NCBI GenBank assembly: GCA_963793425.1
Contig: CAWCAG010000005.1
Location: 128,001 to 192,000 of the forward strand
Source: an uncultured cyanobacterium
Lineage (GTDB): Bacteria; Cyanobacteriota; Cyanobacteriia; Cyanobacteriales; CAWCAG01
DNA length: 64,000 nucleotides
Direction of reading: 5' to 3'
The notes beneath the pieces are model-generated. The model saw nothing but the letters and a program-made list of their open reading frames with translations. It was not told the DNA's origin and did not search any database. A program made the translations under genes and the position numbers. Shown piece by piece: positions 1 to 8,948 of the stretch (positions are counted from its first letter, which is position 1; each line of letters opens with the position of its first letter).

Positions 1-3000
1 AGGGCCTCAACTTTAGCAGATTTTTGTTTCAAATCTTTGTAGAAAGCACCCATCAATCCTAAAGTACCTCGATCATCAACAGACCACAAACTTCCTAAGA
101 CTGACTTAGCTCCAGATAATACTGCTAAACCAGCGAAACCTAATTCTGCTTCCCTACTACCCAAAGCGGTTTGACAAGCACTCAAAACCAATAATTCGAT
201 TTGGGGGTCACTCCATCCGAGAGTTGGTAATTTGTCTAAGGTTAATTTATCATTCCATAAGTAAATGTAGGAATTAGCAGGTTTACCAGCTCTAAAGTTC
301 GCATGGGTAGCTAGATGCAAAATCCCCGGCTTTTCCTGTTTACGAGTAGTTTTGAGATTGCTTAAGGTAAATTCTTCATTAAGGAAAGCCTTGCCTTTCC
401 ATAATTTGTTGGTGATGGTAGATAGTTCGATTGGTACAGCGGGTAAGGGAGCTTGATTGGGGAATTCTTCTGCACCCATGGCTAGTATAGAAGTCTTTCT
501 TATGTCTCTGTAGTTTGTTTCTGTGAGGGAGAAACTCGGCATGAGACTGACACTATATTTTTTGATAATAAAATCATTGCCATCATGGAGAGCTGCCATT
601 GGTACAGAGCGTAAACCAGAGTCCATAATAAAAGCAAGATGATTGACCCCTTGTGCTTGCAATTTTTCTTCCACAGGAGCCAACAATATATCGTAAAGTT
701 GTTGGGATGCTCCTATGTAAGCACTAGGTTTGCTCATATGGAGAATTTTGCGACGTAGTTTTTCAACTGTGTATAAAATATTCCGGCGAGTTAAGTCTGG
801 CACTTGATGGCGAATTACTTCTCCATTTGGGGCGATCGCAACTATTTCCAGATAATCATCAGGGCTATGGTGTTCCTCGTTTGGTAATGATTCTTGGCTG
901 AAAGGGTTCGCTTCTAAGGTGTCTAATTCCCAAATGCCTTCTGATCTTGAACCTTGATTAGTTTGTTCACCACTATTTTGGGGTTTAAAGAAAGCATATA
1001 TAATAGCAGTCCTAACCCCTGTCGCTTTTTCCATTTTCTCCAAGGTAGCTTGGGTTTCTTGGAGAGTGACAGTGCGAGTTGCACTTAAACCTAAGTGATC
1101 AGCAAATTCGTTGCTAAAGTTAGTTTCGACATTCTTGATTTCTTGGGTGGCTAGTTCTAAGGTTTTGGGGTTGTTGGTAGTAATGCTATAGTTGGTTGAG
1201 CTTTGTTCGGCTTCTTCTTCGTCTTCTGCAACTGGGGTTTCTTGTTCCTCTTCTTGGTCAATAAAAGTAATTGGCTCAGGACTAGTGAAACTAATTCGCC
1301 CTCCTACACCATTTCCTGATGAGTCAGCATTGATGTCTCCTGTGGTGATGGGGCCAGCAGCCTTGAGGGTGACATTGCCACCATTACCAGGGGAACTCGT
1401 ATCAATAGTCCCGGCTGCGGTATTGATGCTGCCGTTACTAATAAGATTGATGGCACGACCAGGATTAATAATATTCCCAGTGATTAAGTTTTGACCAGCT
1501 TCTAGGGTGATGGTGGCGTTGTCTTCTCCTCGTAATGTTGCTCTAGTGGTGTCAATGGAGCCTAGGGGCGATCGCCAAGTTACCGGATCAAGGAAACTGA
1601 CATCACTGGAGAGAGTAATGCTACCACTGCTGTTGTCTCTACCAATGGTGATGGAGTTGAAACCGTTTTCTAAGGCATTGACTTCTGAAAGGAGGAGATC
1701 CAGGCTGCCTGTACCATCATCGCCATAACCCCCAAGAGTGATGTTTTGGCTAGGGGTATAGGGCTGCAAAAGTAAGTTTCCTGTACCAGAAACAGCATTG
1801 CTAAAGTTAAGTTCATCTCCTGTTAAGGCAACATCCCCTAAAATAATCAGGTTGTTACCATAACTTTGCCCTGCAATCCCTGTGGTGGTAACATCCCCCC
1901 CAACTTGGGTTGTGCCACCACCGTTACTGGTTAAGCTGGAAGCATTAAACAAACTCACTAAGTTGGTTGTTCCCCCACTACTCAGGAAAACATCTCCTAA
2001 TGGGGCTGTGTTTCCTACTGTACCCGTAAAGGTGATATTCCCTGTACCCGTAGTGATGGTAAAGGTGTTAGCACTTCCGCCGCTATTTGTAGTTTGGTTA
2101 AAAGTAACATTCCCCCCGCCAGTACCCCCTGTTGTGAGGATTGTTAAAGCGGGGTTGACAACAATGGCATCTCCAGAAAAGCTGACTTCGCCAGCATTCT
2201 GAGCATTACTAGAAGTGTTGATATTACCTGATAGTTGGGATTGACCTTGAGAAGCACTAATATTAACGTTACCACCGCTGCTATTAGGTGCTTGGCTAGA
2301 AGTATTAAGAGAAGCGACATTAACGTTGCCATTGGTGGCGGTGATGTTGATTTTTCCACCATTACTTAAGCTACTACTAGTATTGAGATTACCCACTGTC
2401 GCCTCTGCACCAGAAATAGTAATATCTCTACCTGGGGCCGTGATTCCTTGGTTGAGATCCATAATAAAAGAGCCAACTTGGTTCCCATCAGCATCAGCAG
2501 TAAAGGTGATGCTGCCTTCATTACCTGAAAAGTTTAAGGATAAACCGGGATCAATAATAATATCTCTGCTTGCTTCAAGAATTAAATTACCTCTTAATCC
2601 TTGTAAGGTATCTTCAGTCGTGGTGTAACCAGGGGCAAGGGCATTGTTAGAAAGGAGAGAAGCATCAAAGGGCGTTCCAGCCCCAGCACTAATTTGAAAG
2701 TCTTCTGGATCTAAAAGAATTGTACCTATTTCCCCATTGGTAGCATTGGTATCAATATCACCCAGAAAAAAGAGATTCTGTTTTCCAGAAACTTCGACAA
2801 AGCCCCCGCTACCCCCATTGTTCCCTGCTAGAGTGTTGACGGTTCCAGAGAAAGTGGTAGTATCTGTGGCCCAAAAGATGATTTTACCACCGTTACCTAT
2901 TCCTCCTGTACCAGAGAGGGTATTGGCTTGGAAAAGAGAGTCGCCACTAACATAAATGCGTTTAGCTTGCGGTAAGTTGCCTTGTCCTCTAGTATCTCCC

Positions 3001-4031
3001 CCAACTAAAATTTGACCTCCACCTCCATCCCCAGAGGCGTTAAGGTTGCTATGGAAAATACCTATTTGATCTCCTAAAATAGTAATGTTTCCCGCTGCTG
3101 TACCGGAAGCATTAAGATCGCCGGAGATGATGGTTGTACCGGGATCTGTAGGTATGGTTGTACCGGAAAAAGTTAACTCAACTACGCTGCCATTAGCTGT
3201 TAATCCTGTATCCACCCCTCCTGCCCCCGTTAACAAAGCGGGTATATCTAGAGGCGTAATTGGTAAAACCTGACCATGATTATTTCTAGGGGGTTGAATT
3301 TCTAGACTAAGTATTTGCCCTGGTTGAGAAATTGTAATTGTGCTGCTGTTAGGGACAGAGGTGATTAAAATCTCTCCTCCTGGAGTGTTGATATTGCCTG
3401 TGTTAATAACACTAGAGCCTAAGAGAATTAAGTCTTTCCCCGGTGCTAAACTTAAGTTTCCGGCATTGATAATTGCCCCTGAATTAGCAAAATCAAAGGC
3501 AAATTGAGTAGGATTGCCCGCTAAATCACCATAAGTATTATTACCAAAAGCTTCAAACCACTTATCGCCACTAAAGCCTATACCTGTGGCAGTAGTAGCG
3601 GTAAAATCTCCACCAACATTTAATTGCGAACCGGCTCCAAAAACAATGCCTGCCGGATTCATCAAGAATAAATTCGCATTACTACCACTTACTTGGATTA
3701 ACCCATTAATAATGGAAGCATCGCCCCCCACAATTCGGCTTAAAATGTTGCTAATACTAGGATCAGCAAGAAAGTTAGCAATTTGACTAGAGCTTAAACC
3801 AAATTGTTGAAAACTGTGAAATAAGTTACTTCCATCTAGAGAACGAGAGCCACCAACTATCTGGAATTCATTGCCCGCAGGGATAACTATTGTCCCTGTC
3901 CCATCAATTGCTGGTGTGACTGATTGCCCCCAACTAGGGCTGTGACTACCTAAAGCTAAACTAATTAGAATTGCTTTAGTACAAAACCCTATTTTTATTA
4001 AGTGATTTTTGATTTTTAGGGGGCCTTTCAT
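1..4031 (-). CDS. Filamentous haemagglutinin N-terminal (TPS) domain protein with C-terminal CHAT (caspase-like) domain; 3' end runs off the window
   Basis: Absent from the ORF track, probably because no stop lies in the window. ATG at 4031 reads MKGPLKIKNHLIKIG...GQSVTPAIDGTGT...NLFHSFQQFGL...INPAGI (TPS domain). Gly/Asn/Thr-rich repeats follow, then CHAT motifs GILHLATHA (~300-326) and IELLVLSACQTA (~165-200). I read the ends and sampled the middle. Confidence 0.9.
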   Translation of the reverse strand, partial: MKGPLKIKNHLIKIGFCTKAILISLALGSHSPSWGQSVTPAIDGTGTIVIPAGNEFQIVGGSRSLDGSNLFHSFQQFGLSSSQIANFLADPSISNILSRIVGGDASIINGLIQVSGSNANLFLMNPAGIVFGAGSQLNVGGDFTATTATGIGFSGDKWFEAFGNNTYGDLAGNPTQFAFDFANSGAIINAGNLSLAPGKDLILLGSSVINTGNINTPGGEILITSVPNSSTITISQPGQILSLEIQPPRNNHGQVLPITPLDIPALLTGAGGVDTGLTANGSVVELTFSGTTIPTDPGTTIISGDLNASGTAAGNITILGDQIGIFHSNLNASGDGGGGQILVGGDTRGQGNLPQAKRIYVSGDSLFQANTLSGTGGIGNGGKIIFWATDTTTFSGTVNTLAGNNGGSGGFVEVSGKQNLFFLGDIDTNATNGEIGTILLDPEDFQISAGAGTPFDASLLSNNALAPGYTTTEDTLQGLRGNLILEASRDIIIDPGLSLNFSGNEGSITFTADADGNQVGSFIMDLNQGITAPGRDITISGAEATVGNLNTSSSLSNGGKINITATNGNVNVASLNTSSQAPNSSGGNVNISASQGQSQLSGNINTSSNAQNAGEVSFSGDAIVVNPALTILTTGGTGGGNVTFNQTTNSGGSANTFTITTGTGNITFTGTVGNTAPLGDVFLSSGGTTNLVSLFNASSLTSNGGGTTQVGGDVTTTGIAGQSYGNNLIILGDVALTGDELNFSNAVSGTGNLLLQPYTPSQNITLGGYGDDGTGSLDLLLSEVNALENGFNSITIGRDNSSGSITLSSDVSFLDPVTWRSPLGSIDTTRATLRGEDNATITLEAGQNLITGNIINPGRAINLISNGSINTAAGTIDTSSPGNGGNVTLKAAGPITTGDINADSSGNGVGGRISFTSPEPITFIDQEEEQETPVAEDEEEAEQSSTNYSITTNNPKTLELATQEIKNVETNFSNEFADHLGLSATRTVTLQETQATLEKMEKATGVRTAIIYAFFKPQNSGEQTNQGSRSEGIWELDTLEANPFSQESLPNEEHHSPDDYLEIVAIAPNGEVIRHQVPDLTRRNILYTVEKLRRKILHMSKPSAYIGASQQLYDILLAPVEEKLQAQGVNHLAFIMDSGLRSVPMAALHDGNDFIIKKYSVSLMPSFSLTETNYRDIRKTSILAMGAEEFPNQAPLPAVPIELSTITNKLWKGKAFLNEEFTLSNLKTTRKQEKPGILHLATHANFRAGKPANSYIYLWNDKLTLDKLPTLGWSDPQIELLVLSACQTALGSREAELGFAGLAVLSGAKSVLGSLWSVDDRGTLGLMGAFYKDLKQKSAKVEA
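832..839. repeat. HIP1 octamer GCGATCGC (example; many copies across the window)
   Basis: Further examples at 1568-1575 and 11433-11440; characteristic of cyanobacteria. Confidence 0.9.
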
Positions 4032-4356
4032 GGATAGATCGCCCAATTTTCTTTAAGGGGTTAATTGTGACAGAATTACGCTAACTCAAGCTTAATTGAT
4101 TGACATACCAAAGAAGGAATATATTTTCTACTTAAGAAAATATATAAGTACATACAAAGGTAGACTTTCTTGTACTTAAGTAATTTTGCTCATTCAAAGT
4201 TTTGTCTCATCTATTTTGAAGAATTGCAATTCCACCATCTCATATTCTACAAGGAGAAATAAATTAAACCAGGGCGATATTGCTAAACATTCAGCTTTAA
4301 GCTTTCTTTATTTTAAGTGCTTTAAACTAATTTGGTAGTAAAAATATTATTTTTTT

Positions 4357-4400
4357 TGTATCTGGATATACATAAACTGTAGAGATATTACTTATAACAT
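4357..4400 (+). promoter_or_regulatory. NtcA-type binding site with downstream -10 box
   Basis: TGTA-TCTGGATA-TACA (4357-4372) matches GTA-N8-TAC with AT-rich flanks; TAACAT (TAN3T) at 4395-4400 lies 23 nt downstream. Confidence 0.55.
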
Positions 4401-4620
4401 CTATGGAAAGGCAAAACTTCCTAGCTACTTTCCCGTTAGGCAGCACTTAATAAGTAGAACTTGGCAATCTGATAAGAATTTCTGCTCTAGAAGTTACTTT
4501 CTTAACATTGAATTCAGTGTTAACATTTATTCATAGACTTAAATGAATAAAAAAACTTTTTACATAGATTTGAGTCAATAACAACTGCATCACTATATAT
4601 TTAGATTGTCATCTACTTTT

Positions 4621-4827
4621 ATGAACTACCTCATTTTCTATACCATCGGCATCAGTTCGATTTTGACAGGTGTTAGAACAAATGACGAAATTCACCGTTT
4701 AGCCTTAGTCTCAGCGGGTTTAATTGGCTTAAGTTGGGGATATTTTTCTAGCCCTGTACTACTTCAAGGGTTGGGTACAGTTTTGCTACTCGGTTTGTAT
4801 AAGCTTTATTTTGCCCATAAGGGTTAG
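4621..4827 (+). CDS. Small hydrophobic membrane protein (hypothetical)
   Basis: 68 aa from ATG 4621 with 2-3 hydrophobic segments; directly upstream of the antiporter. Confidence 0.6.
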   Translation: MNYLIFYTIGISSILTGVRTNDEIHRLALVSAGLIGLSWGYFSSPVLLQGLGTVLLLGLYKLYFAHKG

Positions 4828-4886
4828 CCTTCTACATCAATCCATCTGTAAACCTTTTAATAAATTAGCCAAAAGAAATTATTACC

Positions 4887-6290
4887 ATGTTTCCTTACCT
4901 AAACAATATCGATATTTGGGGGCTAACCTCAAATGCTCCTCTGCTAGCAACAGCAAATCCAGAACAAGGATCTTTTGTCCTCGCTGGGGTTTTACTCAGC
5001 TTAGTTGTGGTTTATGTAGCGAGTAAATTAGGAGGAGAGCTATCTAAGTCTGTGGACTTACCCCCTGTTTTAGGTGAATTAGTTGGGGGTGTTGTGGTTG
5101 GGGTTTCGGCTTTGCATTTGTTGGTTTTTCCGGAAGGAGGAGCGCAAGCTGCTGATTCCTTATTAATGACAATTTTACAGTTTATCGGTAACTTAAGCCC
5201 CGAAGCAGCACAGGAAGTTTTTGCGACCCAAAGTGAAGTTATTTCTGTTTTAGCAGAATTAGGGGTAATAATCCTCTTATTTGAAATTGGTTTAGAGTCC
5301 GACTTAAGGGAGTTACAAAAAGTTGGCTACCAAGCGGCTGTGGTGGCTGTGGTAGGTGTGGCGGCTCCTTTTTTAGCTGGTACAGCAGGATTAATGTTCT
5401 TTTTTGGTACACCTGTAATTCCGGCAATTTTTGCTGGGGCGGCTTTGACGGCTACTAGTATTGGTATTACTTCTAAAGTACTTTCAGAAATAGGACATCT
5501 TAAATCTAAAGAAGGGCAAATCATTGTTGGTGCAGCGGTTATTGATGATGTCTTAGGTATTATTGTTTTGGCGGTTGTAGCAAGTTTAGCTAAAACAGGA
5601 GAAGTAGATATTACTAATGTTATCTATTTAATCATCAGTGCCACAGCTTTCCTCCTGGGTGCTATTTTCTTAGGTAAGTTCTTCAACAGCAGTTTTGTTG
5701 CTATAGGTGAAAAGCTACAAACGAGGGGCAACCTAGTTATTCCGGCTATCACCTTTGCTTTCTTGATGGCTTTTCTCGCTAATGCAATTCACCTAGAAGC
5801 AATCCTGGGTGCTTTTGCCGCAGGTTTAGTTCTTGATGAAACTGACAAGCGTAAAGAGTTAGATCAACAAATAATGCCTATTGCCGATATTTTAGTACCG
5901 ATTTTCTTTGTAACCGTGGGTGCTAAAGCAGATTTAGGGGTTCTCAATCCTGCTGTCCCTGCAAACCGAGAAGGGCTAGTTATTGCCGCATTTTTAATTG
6001 TGGTAGCCATTTTTGGCAAAATTATCACCGGTTGGACAGTATTTGGTAAGGAGAAACTCAACCGCTTAGCCATTGGAGTAGGCATGATTCCCCGTGGAGA
6101 AGTGGGGCTAGTATTTGCCGGAATTGGTTCAGCTAGTGGTGTTTTGAGCAAACCTTTAGAAGCGGCGATTATTACTATGGTAATTTTAACAACTTTTATC
6201 GCCCCACCTTTTTTAAGGTTAGCATTTGGTGATCAAGAAGTAGATGATGTAGAAGAATCAGCAACTGAAGCGGCTGATGTTAAAGCCTAA
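4887..6290 (+). CDS. nhaS3: Na+/H+ antiporter, CPA2 family (NhaS3-like)
   Basis: 467 aa, multiple TM helices; motifs LAELGVIILLFEIGLESD, GAAVIDDVLG, GVGMIPRGEVG. Confidence 0.9.
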   Translation: MFPYLNNIDIWGLTSNAPLLATANPEQGSFVLAGVLLSLVVVYVASKLGGELSKSVDLPPVLGELVGGVVVGVSALHLLVFPEGGAQAADSLLMTILQFIGNLSPEAAQEVFATQSEVISVLAELGVIILLFEIGLESDLRELQKVGYQAAVVAVVGVAAPFLAGTAGLMFFFGTPVIPAIFAGAALTATSIGITSKVLSEIGHLKSKEGQIIVGAAVIDDVLGIIVLAVVASLAKTGEVDITNVIYLIISATAFLLGAIFLGKFFNSSFVAIGEKLQTRGNLVIPAITFAFLMAFLANAIHLEAILGAFAAGLVLDETDKRKELDQQIMPIADILVPIFFVTVGAKADLGVLNPAVPANREGLVIAAFLIVVAIFGKIITGWTVFGKEKLNRLAIGVGMIPRGEVGLVFAGIGSASGVLSKPLEAAIITMVILTTFIAPPFLRLAFGDQEVDDVEESATEAADVKA

Positions 6291-6358
6291 AGAGATTGAT
6301 AATTACTGGTAACACTTAGGTGATACTAGAACTAATTGAATCGTATCTCAAAATGCTG

Positions 6359-6391
6359 ATGGGTGGAAAGTTTGATGCTTCCACCCATTTT
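6359..6391 (+). terminator. Intrinsic terminator after the antiporter
   Basis: ATGGGTGGAA...TTCCACCCAT stem followed by a short T run. Confidence 0.6.
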
Positions 6392-6607
6392 GCTATATTG
6401 CTCACGACTTGGAAGCCTACAGAATGAGAAGTTGAGCTATTTTCCTTCAACATAAAGTAGACGCAGCACTAGTCTCAATTTTCATATGAGTTTAGTCATA
6501 ATTGCCCCAAGAGAGTTATAGATGAATAATGAATGCAATAGATTACTATTCATTTTTGAATTGCCATGTTAAAAACCCAGCATCAGTTCCCCCCAGGGCC
6601 ACAGGGA

Positions 6608-6712
6608 TACTTGCTATGGCTCAGAATATTGATTCATGGGGTTTTTGATTGGATACACTCAATTCTGATGAAACCCCATCTTGCTCTTCTTTTCAACCCT
6701 TTTGTCCTGTAC
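6608..6712 (-). mobile_element. IS4-family element left-end remnant (terminal repeat plus first transposase codons)
   Basis: Minus strand starts GTACAGGACAAAAG at 6712, identical to the end at 11032; ATG at 6637 reads MNQYSE then decays. Confidence 0.65.
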
Positions 6713-6956
6713 TTAGGTCAACAAGTGGTACTTTAGGACTATTAATTTTGGGAAAATAGTACCATGCTACTCCTTAGCAAAATCGCTTAATCTGTAAACA
6801 GGCAATCTTCAGGGACACAAATGTAAGCAATACTTAGACTATTTGTAGCAACTTTTGCTCTCGTCTTAAAGCTTGATTTAGCAACGATATAGATTTTGCG
6901 ACAAGACAAGGGAAAAATATTTAAACGAAGTGATTTGAGGGTTGAGTCAATAGGTT

Positions 6957-8888
6957 ATGGCAAATACTGTTTGTAAAAGTTGGTATCAAACTAATTTAGA
7001 AATCATTCAACAAGAAGTTGAGCGAATTCAGCAGCTTTTGGCAGCTTTTGTAAAAGGTGAAAAAACCGCAACTATCCCACCTCTTGCTATTCCAGAAACT
7101 TCAGCCCTGGGGCAACTCAGCTTCAAGCTGAACCTTTCTTCCTTTGAGCAGACCATTCTCTTACTCTGTGTGGGTATGGAAATTGACCCTTACTTCGCTA
7201 CCTTATGTGCCAAAGCTCAGGGCAACAGTCAACAAAACTTTCCCACATTTGGTTTAGCTCTATCTGTATTTCCTGATGCCAACTGGTCAGTCCTTTCTAC
7301 TCGAAGCTCTCTGCAACACTGGCAACTAGTCGAATTTGCCCCCGGTTTTTCCCTGACTCAAACAGCACTAAGAATAGACAAGCGCATCCTCTGTTATATA
7401 TTGGGAGAAACTTCTCAAGACGAAGCACTAGAAGGGATCGTTACCTTTCCCGATCAACAAATTCCTCTTACTCCTCTACCTCCCTCCCAACAAAACCTCA
7501 CCTCGCAACTAATTGCCACTTGGTCACAAGCTCAAGGTCGATTACCTTTATTGCAATTATGCGGTGCAGATTGGACAAGTAAAGTGCAGATTGCTGAGCA
7601 ACTTTGTCAACGTCTCAACCTCAATTTAGGCATCATCTCCCCTACTGTTCTTCCTAACAACCCCAAAGCAATACATCAACTGCAACGCCGATGGGAAAGA
7701 GAAGCCATCTTAAGTAATCTCGTACTATTGCTGCACTGCGACCAGATCTCATCAAGCGATCCCCTTGTCAATAAATCTATTTCTCTCTTTGTCGAAAACT
7801 TACATACCCCAATAATTGTTAGTACTTCTGAGCGCTTACAAACCCAGCAACGTCCTGTAGCCACCTTTGATGTTACTCCCCCTAGTTTTAGTGAACGAAA
7901 ACAAATTTGGCAGAGTCATCTCGGTACATTAGGTGAAGAGCTTAATGGCTCGGTAGACAAATTAGTTACCCAATTCAATCTTTCTCCCCAGCAGATTCGC
8001 TCTGCTTGTTTGCAAATCAACACCCCAGAACAAGGGAAAGCGACTCTAGAAAGCCATTTATGGGAGTTATGCCGTACCCAAGCCAGACCACGCCTCCAAG
8101 AGTTAGCCCAGCATATTGACACCAAAGCTAGTTGGGACGATTTAGTCTTAGCAGATAAACAGAAAGAAATCTTACAGGAGATACAGAGCCATCTGCGGCA
8201 ACGCAGTAAAGTGTATGAACAGTGGGGTTTTGCAGATAAGGAAAAAAGAGGATTAGGGCTGTGCGCCTTGTTTGCTGGAGAAAGCGGTACAGGTAAAACC
8301 ATGGCTGCCGGGGTCTTGGCTAAAACCTTAAACCTAGACTTATTCCGCATTGATTTGAGTGCTGTAGTTAGTAAGTATATTGGCGAAACGGAGAAAAACC
8401 TACGGCAGATTTTTGATGCGGCTGAGACAGGAGGAGCAATATTGCTTTTTGATGAGGCAGATGCCATTTTTGGCAAGCGCACTGAAGTCAAAAGTAGTCA
8501 TGATCGTCATGCTAATGTGGAGGTAAGTTATTTACTACAACGTCTTGAAGCTTACCAAGGGTTAGCTATTTTAACCTCTAATTTACCTGACTCCCTTGAT
8601 CAGGCTTTTCTAAGACGAATACGCTTCATTATCTCTTTCCCTTTCCCTAACCGCGATGCCAGAACAGAAATTTGGCGAAGAGTATTTCCCCCCCAAACTC
8701 CTACAGAAGGACTCGATTTTCTTAAATTAAGCCAATTAAGTATCACTGGGGGCTATATTCGTACTATCGCTCTTAATGCTGCTATGTTAGCGGCAGATGC
8801 AGATAAACCAGTGAAAATGGAACATATTATCCACGCTACCAAGAATGAGTATGCCAAGATGGGTCGCCCCTTAACAGCAGATTTCTAG
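6957..8888 (+). CDS. AAA+ ATPase of the eCIS-associated (Afp15/Pvc15-like) type
   Basis: Walker A GESGTGKT, DLSAVVSKYIGETEKNL, Walker B LLFDEADAIFGKR, DRHANVEVSYLLQR; N-terminal LSSFEQTILLLCVGMEID region. Confidence 0.88.
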   Translation: MANTVCKSWYQTNLEIIQQEVERIQQLLAAFVKGEKTATIPPLAIPETSALGQLSFKLNLSSFEQTILLLCVGMEIDPYFATLCAKAQGNSQQNFPTFGLALSVFPDANWSVLSTRSSLQHWQLVEFAPGFSLTQTALRIDKRILCYILGETSQDEALEGIVTFPDQQIPLTPLPPSQQNLTSQLIATWSQAQGRLPLLQLCGADWTSKVQIAEQLCQRLNLNLGIISPTVLPNNPKAIHQLQRRWEREAILSNLVLLLHCDQISSSDPLVNKSISLFVENLHTPIIVSTSERLQTQQRPVATFDVTPPSFSERKQIWQSHLGTLGEELNGSVDKLVTQFNLSPQQIRSACLQINTPEQGKATLESHLWELCRTQARPRLQELAQHIDTKASWDDLVLADKQKEILQEIQSHLRQRSKVYEQWGFADKEKRGLGLCALFAGESGTGKTMAAGVLAKTLNLDLFRIDLSAVVSKYIGETEKNLRQIFDAAETGGAILLFDEADAIFGKRTEVKSSHDRHANVEVSYLLQRLEAYQGLAILTSNLPDSLDQAFLRRIRFIISFPFPNRDARTEIWRRVFPPQTPTEGLDFLKLSQLSITGGYIRTIALNAAMLAADADKPVKMEHIIHATKNEYAKMGRPLTADF

Positions 8889-8948
8889 CTTCAATAGCGG
8901 CTCATACTAAGGTTACTAAATTATAAAATAAAAAAAGGTCTTTCAATC

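Noticed and set aside
1192..3786. Series of short plus-strand ORFs (and 2144-2362 minus)
   Set aside because: Antisense or off-frame shadows of the long minus-strand haemagglutinin-CHAT gene.
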